DNA of 64,000 nucleotides, taken from contig CAVOPG010000001.1 in NCBI GenBank assembly GCA_963697835.1, positions 646,803-710,802 of the forward strand. Reading direction: 5' to 3'. This DNA is from an uncultured Acidobacteriota bacterium. Its GTDB lineage: Bacteria > Acidobacteriota > Vicinamibacteria > Fen-336. Positions 1 to 9,376 of this stretch are shown here, piece by piece. The translations under genes and the position numbers were made by a program. The first letter of the stretch is position 1. The number at the start of each line of letters is the position of its first letter. The notes below the pieces were generated by a model. It saw only the letters and a program-made list of their open reading frames with translations. It made no database searches and was not told the DNA's origin.

Positions 1-1635
1 CGAGGCGGACCATCGTGCAGGTCGAGAGCGCGTTCAGGAGCATCTTCACCCCGATGCGGGCCATCGGGTCGAGGAGGAAGGGTGTCTTCGGCACCTCGAG
101 GGTGACTGCCATGCGGCCGCCGTCCTTAGCCCACGCCGTCGCGACGAGCGCCTCGATTCGCTCCCCGCCGTCCCACCACGATGACGGCCGCGGTCGCCCC
201 GGCCTCTCCGGCCCTCTCGAGCTGGAAGGCGAAGGCTCCGCCCTTCTCGAGGAGAGGCCGGTCGCGCACCGCCACCACGGCCGTGACGCCGTCGCCGGGC
301 CGCAGCGGCCGGTAGGCCAGCCCGTCCAGGCCGATCCGGAAGCGCAGCAGCTCCCGACGGCCGATCTCGCGCAGGATCCCGCTCTGCCTCTCCGCCGCTT
401 CCTCGTCGAGCAGCGTCCGCAGGTCGTCCTCCGTCCACTCGATCGTCTGCGGCGCTCGGCGGAGGAGCCGCTTCCACGCCTCCTCCGTGGTGGGGGCGGG
501 CGTGAAGAGGAACGCCCACGACTCGGAGGCCTCCTCGTCGTCCCACTTCCGGAAAGAGGGCGTGCAAAAGGTCGGGCTGCGCTCGGTAGTGTCGGTGAGG
601 ACGTCCACCGCCAGCGAGTCGGCGAAGTAGGAGGTCCGGGCGCCCCTCCGGTAGACCTGCTCCTCGGCCTCCACGAGGCGCGCGAGGTCGCGGCGCAGGC
701 GCCTCGCCCAGAAGTGCTTCGTGGACCGCGCGCAGGCCGGCCCGCATCGCCTCGGGCACGACCGCCGACGGGTCGAGGCCCGGCTCGGCCGCCCCGGCGC
801 GCGCCAGGATGTCGCGGAGCGCCATCTCGAGGACGGTGAGCATGGCGAGGAGCTCGATGCTCGTCGCCTGCATGCGCGTGGAGCCGGTGATCGCCATCGG
901 CCCGGTGGTGAGGTTGACCTTGCGGATCCGCGGCTCGTCGATGACCTCGCGGCTGCGCTTCACGTGGGCCCGCAGCACGTCGTCGGGGTTGTTGTAGACG
1001 AAGGCGACTCGCGCTCCGGCCTCGAGCCCCTGCCACGCGGTGCCGATGACGAACGAGGTCTCGCCGCCCTCGGTGATGGCGAAGACGATGTCGCCCTTCG
1101 CCACCCCGAGGTCGGCGATCTGCTTGCGGCCGAAGGGGGCGAAGTCCTCGAAGCCCTCGACGGACTTGATGAGGGCGTAGTCGCCGCCGGCCATGACGCT
1201 CTCGGCCCGGCTCTCCCACGCGTCGGGCGGCGGGCTCGCGAGACCGCGCTCGCGGCGGTCCTGCCAGAACGCGCGCCAGATGGAGGCGAGCTGGATGCTG
1301 AGCCGGCCCGTGGCGCCGCAGCCGGTGAAGAAGACCCGCCCGCCGCCCGCGAGCGCTTCGAGGAGATCGTCGCGCAGCTCCTCCGGCTGGCCGCTTCTCG
1401 ACCAGCGGTCGTACGCTTCGACCACGTCGCGGTCCACGTCGAAGAGGACGGCGAGGCCGGCCGCGGCGTCCTGGCGGGCGACCTGGCTCAGCTCCGTCGA
1501 GCGGGGGTGCGAGGCTTCGGTGACGAGCGGTCCGAGACGGAACTCACCGGCGTCGCGCAGGAAGCTCTCGGCCCGCTCACGGGCGCTCTTCGCTGGTGCC
1601 TTCACGGGTGCACGTCCGCGGGAGGAGGCTGCCAC
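1..1635 (-). CDS. GckR/MurQ-like SIS-domain sugar-phosphate binding protein (two SIS modules; 3' end leaves the window; two apparent frame breaks)
   Basis: Start codon at 1635. ORF 46..1635 carries SIS signatures GRVFFTGCGATGRLS, AITEGGETSF and ITGSTRMQATSIELL. Sensible sequence continues in a second frame near ~720 (KHFWARRL...IEWTEDDLRTLL, ORF 126..674). It shifts again near ~165 (DGGERIEALV...GVKMLLNALSTCTMVRL) and runs to position 1. Confidence 0.75.
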
Positions 1636-1642
1636 GCCTCGG

Positions 1643-2383
1643 CTACGGTCCGACCACGCGTGCCGCCTGCTCGTCGCCGGTGATGCCCGGCGGCAGCTCC
1701 AGGATGCGGATGTTGCGGAAGTGGATCTCGGCCCCTTCGGACTCCAGGCACAGGTACCCCCTCCGGACGGAGGAGTTGCGGACGCCGTTCACGAACTTCC
1801 CGTTGACCGACAGCTTGACGACCCCGTCGACGAACACCGCGTCGTAGGTGTTCCACTGGCCCTTGCCCTTGCAGCGGTTCTCGAGCGACCGGCTGCGGCT
1901 GCCGCGCGGGTTGTCGGGTGTCACCTCCAGGCCGTTGGCGCCGAACAGCTCGCCGTGCACGTAGGCGACCGGCTGTGGCGTCCCGTCCTCCTGGCGGTTC
2001 AGGTTGACCCAGTCGAGCTCCAGCATCTGCACTTCCAGCCCCTTGGGCAGGCGGCTTCCCTCGGGCACCGTTCCCTCGCTCCAGGCGAAGACACCGGAGT
2101 TCCCGCCGGCCTCCATGTGACGCCACTCGACGTGCAGGACGAAGTTCTCGTACTGCTTCGCCGTCCGCAGGACCCCGATCGGGCGCCCGCGGCAGACGAG
2201 GAGTCCGTCGCGCACGGTCCACGTGTCGGCGGCCGTGTTCACGTTGACCCAGCCCGACAAGTCCTTGCCGTTGAACAGGTCGTGGAACCGCGGCGGCTCC
2301 TCGGCTCGAGCCGCAGCGAGCCCGCACGCCAGAACGGCGACGAGCCCGCACGTGTGTAAGAAGCGTCGCTTGCTCACGTTCAC
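1643..2383 (-). CDS. Secreted DUF1080 (3-keto-disaccharide hydrolase-like) domain protein
   Basis: Signal peptide [27 protein letters not shown]. Characteristic pattern [15 protein letters not shown]......G.L.T...YENF.L..EWR...GNSG, ending [22 protein letters not shown]. Confidence 0.9.
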   Translation of the reverse strand: MNVSKRRFLHTCGLVAVLACGLAAARAEEPPRFHDLFNGKDLSGWVNVNTAADTWTVRDGLLVCRGRPIGVLRTAKQYENFVLHVEWRHMEAGGNSGVFAWSEGTVPEGSRLPKGLEVQMLELDWVNLNRQEDGTPQPVAYVHGELFGANGLEVTPDNPRGSRSRSLENRCKGKGQWNTYDAVFVDGVVKLSVNGKFVNGVRNSSVRRGYLCLESEGAEIHFRNIRILELPPGITGDEQAARVVGP

Positions 2384-2502
2384 CCTCTCCTGCCGAACGC
2401 CGGGAATACCAAGTCTACCGACGTCGAATGGTCATTCTACCCGCGTGAGGCACGACGCGCCGGCCTGCCTCTTCGGCTGTCTCAGCCTGATCGCGGCGGC
2501 CA

Positions 2503-2913
2503 CTAGCGTTTGCGTCTCAGCCGCTCGACGAGCTCCCGCGGAGTCAACACGGAAACCCCACGCCGACTTCGTACGGGGAAGTGGCGCAGGTTGCCCGTCA
2601 CCAGCACGCTGTCGGTGGCGGCGGCCACGCCGAGGAAGGGCTCGTCATCGGGATCGGGGAGCGTGACAGGCCACGGTGGAACAGCCGCCACGAACAGGCC
2701 GAAGCGGTCGACGACCGAGAGCAGCGTCTCGACCTGGGGAGCCGGGAAGCGAAACTCGGGTCGGCGGAGGACCTCGTCGTACTCCTGCCGGATCGCCATG
2801 CTGAGTGCCATTTCCAGGTCGCCCGTGAGCACCGCCTCCACGATCCAGGCCGGCGGCCCCGCGGCGGAAAGCAGCCCCGACACGAGGACGTTCGTGTCGA
2901 GGACGATCCTCAT
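2503..2913 (-). CDS. PIN-domain toxin (VapC-like)
   Basis: 136 aa. N-terminus MRIVLDTNVLVSGL is typical of PIN toxins. Its ATG overlaps the stop of the upstream antitoxin gene in an ATGA junction at 2910-2913. Confidence 0.88.
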   Translation of the reverse strand: MRIVLDTNVLVSGLLSAAGPPAWIVEAVLTGDLEMALSMAIRQEYDEVLRRPEFRFPAPQVETLLSVVDRFGLFVAAVPPWPVTLPDPDDEPFLGVAAATDSVLVTGNLRHFPVRSRRGVSVLTPRELVERLRRKR

Positions 2914-3209
2914 CCGCGCGCGCGGTGGCCGCGGGCCCGGCGGGTCTTCGCGATGACGGCGTCGATGTCACGGCCCGAGTGCCGGCCGCGGCCGGACTGC
3001 TGGCTCTCCCGCCGGATCGCGCGAAGAGCCTCGAGCCCCCGCGCGCGCCGCACGGTCTCGAGAGTCTCGTCGATGGTGCTGGCATCGGTGGGGAGGAGCA
3101 CGGCCACCGGGCGTCCATTGACGGTCAGCACCGCTTCCCTCTCTCGCGCGAGGGCGGCGCGCACCTGCCTCGGTCGCGTGCGGAAATCACGGATCGTGAC
3201 GGTCCTCAT
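2910..3209 (-). CDS. Phd/YefM-type antitoxin
   Basis: MRTVTIRDFRTRPRQVRAALAREREAVLTVNGRPVAVLLP is the Phd/YefM N-terminal fold pattern. I chose the ATG at 3209. The ORF track starts at a GTG at 3245, which adds an implausible 12-aa leader. Confidence 0.85.
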   Translation of the reverse strand: MRTVTIRDFRTRPRQVRAALAREREAVLTVNGRPVAVLLPTDASTIDETLETVRRARGLEALRAIRRESQQSGRGRHSGRDIDAVIAKTRRARGHRARG

Positions 3210-3230
3210 GAACCCGAGCGTAACATTCGA

Positions 3231-3246
3231 GGTGACATTTGTCACC
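3231..3246. promoter_or_regulatory. Palindromic candidate operator of the toxin-antitoxin promoter
   Basis: GGTGACA-tt-TGTCACC, perfect 7-bp inverted arms, 22-37 nt upstream of the antitoxin ATG. Confidence 0.45.
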
Positions 3247-3257
3247 CCTCGATCGTT

Positions 3258-4025
3258 CTATCGAGTGAGGAGATTGCGGTTCTCCCGGCCCGGCGAGTCC
3301 TTGCCGTGGTCGAAGCCGCGGGCCCGCTCGAGCTCCACCATCGCCCTCGGCCGGAAGTTGACGATGAGGGCACGCCGGCGGCCGCGCGTCGAGTTGCCCC
3401 GGCTGTAGTGCATCGTCGCCCCGTGGTGGAAGGTGCACGAGCCCGCCGACAGCGGCACCGGCACCCCCTCGGCCTCTTCCCCGTCGCACTCGAGGGCGCC
3501 CCCGCCCCTTCCGGCTTGTCGGTGCGGGCGCATCGGGAGCCGGTGCGAGCCTGGCACGAACCACAGGCAGCCGTTGTCCACCGTGGCCTCGTCGAGAGCG
3601 ATCCAGCAGGATGCCGCCCGGCGGTCCGGGAGGTCGATCCAGTACGCGCAGTCCTGGTGCCAGGGCGTCGGGGTGGCGGTGCCGGGCGCCTTGGCGATCA
3701 GCATGTCGAAATCGAAGGCCACGTCGTCGCCCAGCAGCTCGCGCGCGCCGGCGAGCGCTCGCTCGTAGGCGGGGCTCGACAGGAGCTGGGGCAGGGAGTC
3801 GCTCGGCCAGAGGATCTGCGTGATGTTCTCGACGGCCGCCGGCGCCGGCTCGGCGCCGGCCCCGAGGTCGGACCGCCGCCGGCCGACGTCGATCGATCCG
3901 GACAGGAAGAGCTCGTAGACGTCGCGGTACCACTCGACCTCGTCGGCGCGGAGGAGCCCCGCGACGGCCACGAAGCCGTCCCGGTCGAAGCGCTGCGCCC
4001 CGCCGGGCTCGATGACCGGCACCAC
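3258..4025 (-). CDS. Phytanoyl-CoA dioxygenase (PhyH) family Fe(II)/2-oxoglutarate oxygenase
   Basis: FDRDGFVAVAGLL, PWHQDCAYW, LDEATVDNGCLWFVPGSH and GSCTFHHGATMHYS match the PhyH family. Start is uncertain: GTG-GTG at 4025/4022 sits behind an AGGGAGG box. The ORF-track start at 4157 would run into the HEAT gene. Confidence 0.82.
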   Translation of the reverse strand: MVPVIEPGGAQRFDRDGFVAVAGLLRADEVEWYRDVYELFLSGSIDVGRRRSDLGAGAEPAPAAVENITQILWPSDSLPQLLSSPAYERALAGARELLGDDVAFDFDMLIAKAPGTATPTPWHQDCAYWIDLPDRRAASCWIALDEATVDNGCLWFVPGSHRLPMRPHRQAGRGGGALECDGEEAEGVPVPLSAGSCTFHHGATMHYSRGNSTRGRRRALIVNFRPRAMVELERARGFDHGKDSPGRENRNLLTR

Positions 4026-4111
4026 ACCTCCCTCGCGCGCGGATGATAGCAGGGGAGGCGTCCGGGGCTTCACTACCCCGCGCGGATGGCGTCGGCGGGG
4101 GTGACGGGCAA

Positions 4112-7100
4112 TCACGGCCTCTGGCCCCGAATCTCCCGAAGCGCCCCGTCGACGCATCGCAGACCTTCTTCCTTGGTCCTGGCTTTTTCGAGGGCGGGTA
4201 CAGCGGCGGCGGCAGCGCGCCCGACCCTCCCGAGGGCCTGCGCCACCGAACAGCGAACGGACCCATTGGGATCCTCGAGTGCGGCGACCAGCGCCGGGAG
4301 GTTGTCGGCCGCGTAGCGTCCCGTCGAGGCGAGTGCGAAGGCGGCGCCAGACCGCACGTTCGGGTAGGCGTCGGCGGCCAGCGTCGCCCGGAGCCCGGGA
4401 GTGGCGTCTCGGGCGGCGGTCCCGAGGCCGGCGAGGGCCTGGCAGGCCTCGAGCCGGACCGCCGGCGAGGGATCGTGGAGGAGCTCCGCCAGCGGGAGGG
4501 CGGCGCTGCCCGCCTGGAGGCCGAGCGACCCGAGCCTCCGCGCGGCCATCACACGCACGGGCTCCGACGGCTCTTTCAGCGCGGCAGTCAGGACGCGCAG
4601 CTTCTTCCGAGGGTCGGGTTCCACGGAAGAGTACGCGTCGAGGGCCCGCGCGCGGACGCTGGGATCGGGGCTGTCTCGGAGGACGCCCTCCAGGGCCGCG
4701 AGGGCCGTGCCGCCCATGCGCTCCAGCGCTCGGCCGGCGCTCGACGACGCGGCCGGATCGCTCAGGAGCTTCAGGAGGAGCGGCACTGCGTCCGCCGCGG
4801 CCGGCCCGATCTCGCCGATCTGCTCGGCGGCGATCCTTCGCACGGCGCCGGAGTCGCTGGCAAGGCCGCCAACGAGCGCAGTGTAGGCAGTGGACCCCGG
4901 AGTGCGGCGCAGGATCGCGGGCATGGCCGCACGAACCTCCTCCTCCCGCGAGGAGTCGTTCATCACGGCGATGACGGCAGGGAGGGCCTCCTCCGGAACG
5001 CTCCCAATCTGGTTCAGGATCCGGGCGGCCGTGCGTCGCACCGACAGCGACGGTGACTCCAGCGCGCTGACCAGCGCGGGCACGGCGGGAGCCCCGATCC
5101 TCGCGAGGACCTCAGTGGCCATGTAGGGGCCACCGCCCGGTTCCTCGAGCGTCTTCATGAGGAAGGGTACGGCAGGACCCTTGACCTTCCACGCCAGAGC
5201 GTTGCCAATCGTGCCTGAGATGTCGTCGTCACGTAGGGCCGCCACCAGGGCCGGGATCGCTTCGGTCGCTTCGGGCCCGATTTCCAGCAGGCCGAGGGCC
5301 GCATCCTGGCGTACGTCCCGCTGTGGGTCCCGGAGGGCGACGGTCAGGGCGTCAACGCCCTCGGGCCCCAGCTTCGCCAGAGCGGAGGCCGCCGCTCGAC
5401 GCAGCTCGGCCTTCTGCACTCCCTCGATCCCACGCCCGGTATCATGCAGGGCGTCCACGAGAGCCGGGATGGCTGCCGCGGCGGCCGGGCCCAGCTCGCG
5501 GATCTCGTTCGCGCACAGCGCGCGCGTCGAGTAGTCCAGCGCCCGGTCGCCGACCATCCGGACAAGGATCGGGCTCGCGGCGTCAGCTCCGACCTTGCGG
5601 AGAGCGGCGGCCGCCGTCACGCTGCCCCGTTCGGCCTGCGCGGTGAGGCTCGGTATGGCCGCCGCCGCATCCGGTCCGATCTCGCCGAGGGCGCGGACCG
5701 CCTCCCCGCGCACCTGCGCGTCTTCGCCTGGATCCTCGACCCGCGCGACGAGGGTGCGCACGGCCTCTGGCCCGCCGATGACCGCCATGGCCCTGACGAT
5801 CGCCTCGCGCGTGTCCGGGGCCTCCGTCCGTTGGGCCAGAGCCTCGGCGAGCCCCGGGAGCGCCGCGCGGGCCTTGACACCGAGCTCGGCCAGGCCAGCC
5901 ACGGCGGCCGCACGGACGCCGGGACGCCGGTCCTTCAGCGCCTTGACGAGCGACGCGAGGGCCTCGTCGGCCGCTCTCGCCGAGCCCGATGCGACTGCCG
6001 CAGCCTCCGCCACGAACTCGTCCTTGTCGCGTACGGCGGTGCCCAGAGCGGCAGCGGTCTCGGGCGCATCCCCGGACAGCGCTTCCAGAGCGAGCCCAGC
6101 GGACAGGCACAGCAGCGCTGCGGGATCGGGCTCCGGGCAGCTGCCGCCGAGGCAGAGGATCCCGCGGCCGTCCCGTGTCGCGCAGTCTGCGCTCTTCATG
6201 GCCTGGACGAGGTCCGGTATGGCTTCCCTGGCCGGCGCGCCGATCCCACCCAGGCCCGCGGCCGCCGCCGCGCGAACGAGGAAGCTGGGGTCTCCAAGGA
6301 GGCGCCGGAGGGCCGGCACGCCGCGCGACGCGCTCGAGCCCAGGCAGCCGAGCGCGGTCGCCGCGCCCGCGCGCACGCTCTCCCTCCTGTCGCGGAGTGC
6401 GGCAAGGGCGGGCTCCACGGCCGCCGTGCCGATCCGGCAGAGATCCTTCGCGGCGGCCTCTCTTCCCTCAGGCGATGGCGCGCCGAGCGCGTCGACGAGC
6501 GGCTGAATGCGCCCGTCGATCCGGGCGAGCGCCACCGCCGCGGCGCTCCGAAGCCGGCCGTCGTAAGCGTCGAGCACCGCGGTCAGGGTCGCGACAGACC
6601 CCTTCGCCTGCGGTCCGATCTTCCCCAGGGCCTCGGCGGCATTCACTCTGGTTTCTGGATCGCCGGACGCCACGGCCTGCGCGAGGGCGGGGACGGCCTG
6701 GACGGCATGTGGCCCGAGCTTGCCCAGGGCCAGGGCGGCCTCGGCCCTGACCTGCGAATCGCCGAGCAGCCGGGCGAGCGCCGGGACGGCTGGCTCCGCG
6801 GCGGACCCCGCCTCCCCGAGCGCCCGGGCCGCCGCGATCCTCTCCGCGGCCACGTGCGACCGGAGCCTGGCGAGCAGCTCACGCACCTCCCCGGTCGCCG
6901 ACACCGGATCGGCTGGCGTTTCGCTGACCTCCGGCGCCGGGGTCACCAGCGGGATGCCGGCGTTCTGCCGGGCAAACTCCCGCACGAACGGGCTCTTCGC
7001 TCTCTTCGCGATCTCAGTGAGCGCCTCGAGGTCGGTCTTGAGCTTGGTGGCCGCGATCAGGCTCACATCGCCGCTCTTGTCCTCACAGGCGATCTCCGTG

Positions 7101-7870
7101 AGCACCACGGCGTCGGTGATGCCGCGGATCGCCGCCGCGCGCACCCGCCACTCCGGGTCGCGCTTCGCGATCTGCGTGAGCAGGGCCTCGTCGCTGAGGC
7201 GCTGGGTGGCGGCGCTGCGCACTTCGAAAGAGCGGTCCCCCCGGGCGACCGTCGCCAGGAGCGCCTGACTGGACACTCTCTCCACCGCCGCCGCGCGCAC
7301 CTGGGGCTCCTGGTCCTTGGTGGCCAGCTCGGCGAGAACGGCCTGATCGGTCAGCTTCGCCACGGCGGCGGTGCGCACGGTGGGTGCGGGATCCTCGTGG
7401 GCGATCGCGGACAAGGCCTCCTGGCTCTCAAGGCGGCCGACGGCGGCGATTCGCACCTCGTGATGTCTGTCGGTTCGGGCGATGTCGCCGAGCAGGCGCT
7501 GATCGGTCAACCTGGCCGTGGCCGCGCGGCGAACCGAGGAGTCCGTGTGGCTCGTTGCGAGCGCGCCGAGTACGGCCTGACCTCCAATCCTCTCCACCGC
7601 TGCCCGGCACACCATCGCATCGCCGTCGTTCCGGGCCACACGGGCGAGGACGTCCTGGTCCGTGAGCTGCTTGACCGCGGCCTCGCGTGTGTACTCGTCG
7701 ACGTCCGTCGTCGCGAGTCGGGCGAGCCTCTCACAGGCGTCACCCACGAATGCCTGACAGGCCAGGCCGAGAGCGGCGATCGCCTTGTAGTCGGTGTCGG
7801 CCCGCGCGACCGGCATGGCCAGGGCCGTCATTGCCAGCGCCACGACACCGGCGGCCTTCGTCTCGGCCAA
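4112..7870 (-). CDS. Secreted giant HEAT-repeat (PBS-lyase HEAT-like) protein, 1252 aa
   Basis: Signal peptide MAETKAAGVVALAMTALAMPVARA. About 9 units of a ~31-aa repeat (VR.AAV..L.DQ..LA.IA..D) are followed by many canonical units (AVPAL...L.D....VR..AA.ALG.IGP.A). The frame is uninterrupted over 3.76 kb. Confidence 0.9.
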   Translation of the reverse strand: MAETKAAGVVALAMTALAMPVARADTDYKAIAALGLACQAFVGDACERLARLATTDVDEYTREAAVKQLTDQDVLARVARNDGDAMVCRAAVERIGGQAVLGALATSHTDSSVRRAATARLTDQRLLGDIARTDRHHEVRIAAVGRLESQEALSAIAHEDPAPTVRTAAVAKLTDQAVLAELATKDQEPQVRAAAVERVSSQALLATVARGDRSFEVRSAATQRLSDEALLTQIAKRDPEWRVRAAAIRGITDAVVLTEIACEDKSGDVSLIAATKLKTDLEALTEIAKRAKSPFVREFARQNAGIPLVTPAPEVSETPADPVSATGEVRELLARLRSHVAAERIAAARALGEAGSAAEPAVPALARLLGDSQVRAEAALALGKLGPHAVQAVPALAQAVASGDPETRVNAAEALGKIGPQAKGSVATLTAVLDAYDGRLRSAAAVALARIDGRIQPLVDALGAPSPEGREAAAKDLCRIGTAAVEPALAALRDRRESVRAGAATALGCLGSSASRGVPALRRLLGDPSFLVRAAAAAGLGGIGAPAREAIPDLVQAMKSADCATRDGRGILCLGGSCPEPDPAALLCLSAGLALEALSGDAPETAAALGTAVRDKDEFVAEAAAVASGSARAADEALASLVKALKDRRPGVRAAAVAGLAELGVKARAALPGLAEALAQRTEAPDTREAIVRAMAVIGGPEAVRTLVARVEDPGEDAQVRGEAVRALGEIGPDAAAAIPSLTAQAERGSVTAAAALRKVGADAASPILVRMVGDRALDYSTRALCANEIRELGPAAAAAIPALVDALHDTGRGIEGVQKAELRRAAASALAKLGPEGVDALTVALRDPQRDVRQDAALGLLEIGPEATEAIPALVAALRDDDISGTIGNALAWKVKGPAVPFLMKTLEEPGGGPYMATEVLARIGAPAVPALVSALESPSLSVRRTAARILNQIGSVPEEALPAVIAVMNDSSREEEVRAAMPAILRRTPGSTAYTALVGGLASDSGAVRRIAAEQIGEIGPAAADAVPLLLKLLSDPAASSSAGRALERMGGTALAALEGVLRDSPDPSVRARALDAYSSVEPDPRKKLRVLTAALKEPSEPVRVMAARRLGSLGLQAGSAALPLAELLHDPSPAVRLEACQALAGLGTAARDATPGLRATLAADAYPNVRSGAAFALASTGRYAADNLPALVAALEDPNGSVRCSVAQALGRVGRAAAAAVPALEKARTKEEGLRCVDGALREIRGQRP

Positions 7871-8142
7871 TGGACCCTTCTGTCTGCAGGCGCGCCGGAC
7901 GGCGCCCCCTGACCGCTCTTCCCGGCAGTCCCGGGGCGGCTCACTCTAGCAGCTTCCCAAGACGCGAGCATCCATGCGCGCCACAATGTCGGTGGCAAGG
8001 TCCTCCGGCATGGATCTCGAGCCAGCAGCTTCGCCGGGGTGGTCGGGTTGCACACTTCGAACGTGCGAAGAGGAAGACCCTGCGGCTCGACGGGTTTCCT
8101 GCCAGGCTCAGCCAGCGTCGCCGATCTTGCGCGACCCTCCTC

Positions 8143-9375
8143 CTACCCGGCGCGGATGGCGTCGACGGGGGTGAGGCGGGAGGCGCGGAGGGCGGGGTAG
8201 ACGCCGGCGGCGAGGCCGATCGCGATGGCGAAGGCGGCGGCGAGGAAGAGGCCGAGGGGAGAGACGCTGAGGCCGTCGGGGAAGGCCTGGGCGGCCATCG
8301 CCGTGACGCCGTAGCCGAGCGCCGAGCCGACCAGGCCGCCGATGAGCGACAGCGACACCGACTCGATCAGGAACTGGCCGAAGATCTCGGGGTCGGTGGC
8401 CCCGATCGACTTCCGGAGCCCGATCTCGTAGGTGCGCTCGCTGATCGAGATCTGCATGACGGAGAAGATCCCGATGCCGCCCACGAGGAGCGAGATCCCG
8501 GCGATCGAGGCGAGGACGATGTTCCAGTTGACGATGAGCTTGTCGACCTCCTTGCGGACGCGGAGGATCTCCTGGCCGATGTTCTCGATCTTGAAGTCCT
8601 TGATCCCGCGGTGGCTGCGTCGCATGAGGGCCTCGGCCTCCTTCGACGCGTCGCCCATCTTCTCGGGGTCGGCCTTGAAGGCCCAGGCGTGGACGGTGTC
8701 CGTGCCCACGAAGTACTTCTGGGCGGTGGTGAGCGGGATGTAGATCTTCGCGTTGTCCCGCTCCATCTCGCCGTCGTTCACCTGTTGATTGCCGAACTTC
8801 TTGAGGACGCCCACGATCCGGAAGCGCATGCCGCGGATGAGGACCTCCCGGCCGATCGCCTCCTCGTCGCCGAAGACGTCTTTCTTGATCTTCTGGCCGA
8901 GGAGGGCCACCGTGGCGCGCGTTTCGACGTCGCTCTCCACGAGGTAGCGGCCCACCTGGGGGACGCGGTTCCTGATCCGACCCCACTCCGGGGTCACGCC
9001 CTCGACGAGGGCCTTCAGGGTGTGGCCGTTCATGCGGACGGTCTCGTTGCCGAGGCCGAGCACGGGGGCCGCCTCGTCGATCGTCTCGCGCCCCTCCTCG
9101 ATCGTCCGCCCGTCCGCCGCGCGCATGCCCCGCGAGTAGCCCTGCTTCTTCTGCTCGATCCGGTCGGTGGCGGCCCGGGGCACCGCGAACACCACGCCGT
9201 CGAAGCCCAGGTCGTCGAGGCCCTTCTGCACGGCCTCGGCGAGGCCGCCGATCACCGACACCATCACCACGAGGGCGGTCGTGCCGAGCACGATCCCCAC
9301 CAGGGTGAGGGCCGAGCGTAGCTTGTGGCTCCAGATCTCGGCGGCGGAGGTGCGGGCGGCCTCTCCGATCTGCAC
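8143..9375 (-). CDS. ABC transporter permease, MacB/FtsX family
   Basis: N-terminal TM (LRSALTLVGIVLGTTALVVMVSV), a large periplasmic domain, and a C-terminal FtsX-like 3-TM bundle ending YPALRASRLTPVDAIRAG. Confidence 0.9.
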   Translation of the reverse strand: MQIGEAARTSAAEIWSHKLRSALTLVGIVLGTTALVVMVSVIGGLAEAVQKGLDDLGFDGVVFAVPRAATDRIEQKKQGYSRGMRAADGRTIEEGRETIDEAAPVLGLGNETVRMNGHTLKALVEGVTPEWGRIRNRVPQVGRYLVESDVETRATVALLGQKIKKDVFGDEEAIGREVLIRGMRFRIVGVLKKFGNQQVNDGEMERDNAKIYIPLTTAQKYFVGTDTVHAWAFKADPEKMGDASKEAEALMRRSHRGIKDFKIENIGQEILRVRKEVDKLIVNWNIVLASIAGISLLVGGIGIFSVMQISISERTYEIGLRKSIGATDPEIFGQFLIESVSLSLIGGLVGSALGYGVTAMAAQAFPDGLSVSPLGLFLAAAFAIAIGLAAGVYPALRASRLTPVDAIRAG

Positions 9376-9376
9376 G

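Noticed and set aside
4112-4115. GTGA overlap that would couple a PhyH start (GTG at 4115) to the HEAT gene stop.
   Set aside because: It would add a 30-residue Arg/Pro-rich leader that looks non-coding. The family N-terminus fits a start at 4025/4022, behind an AGGGAGG box.
5444-7912. 822-aa ORF on the + strand, antisense to the HEAT-repeat gene.
   Set aside because: The translation is Arg/Gly/Ala/Pro-rich with no recognisable domain. It lies fully inside a gene with clear repeat architecture on the other strand. This is the typical high-GC antisense artefact.
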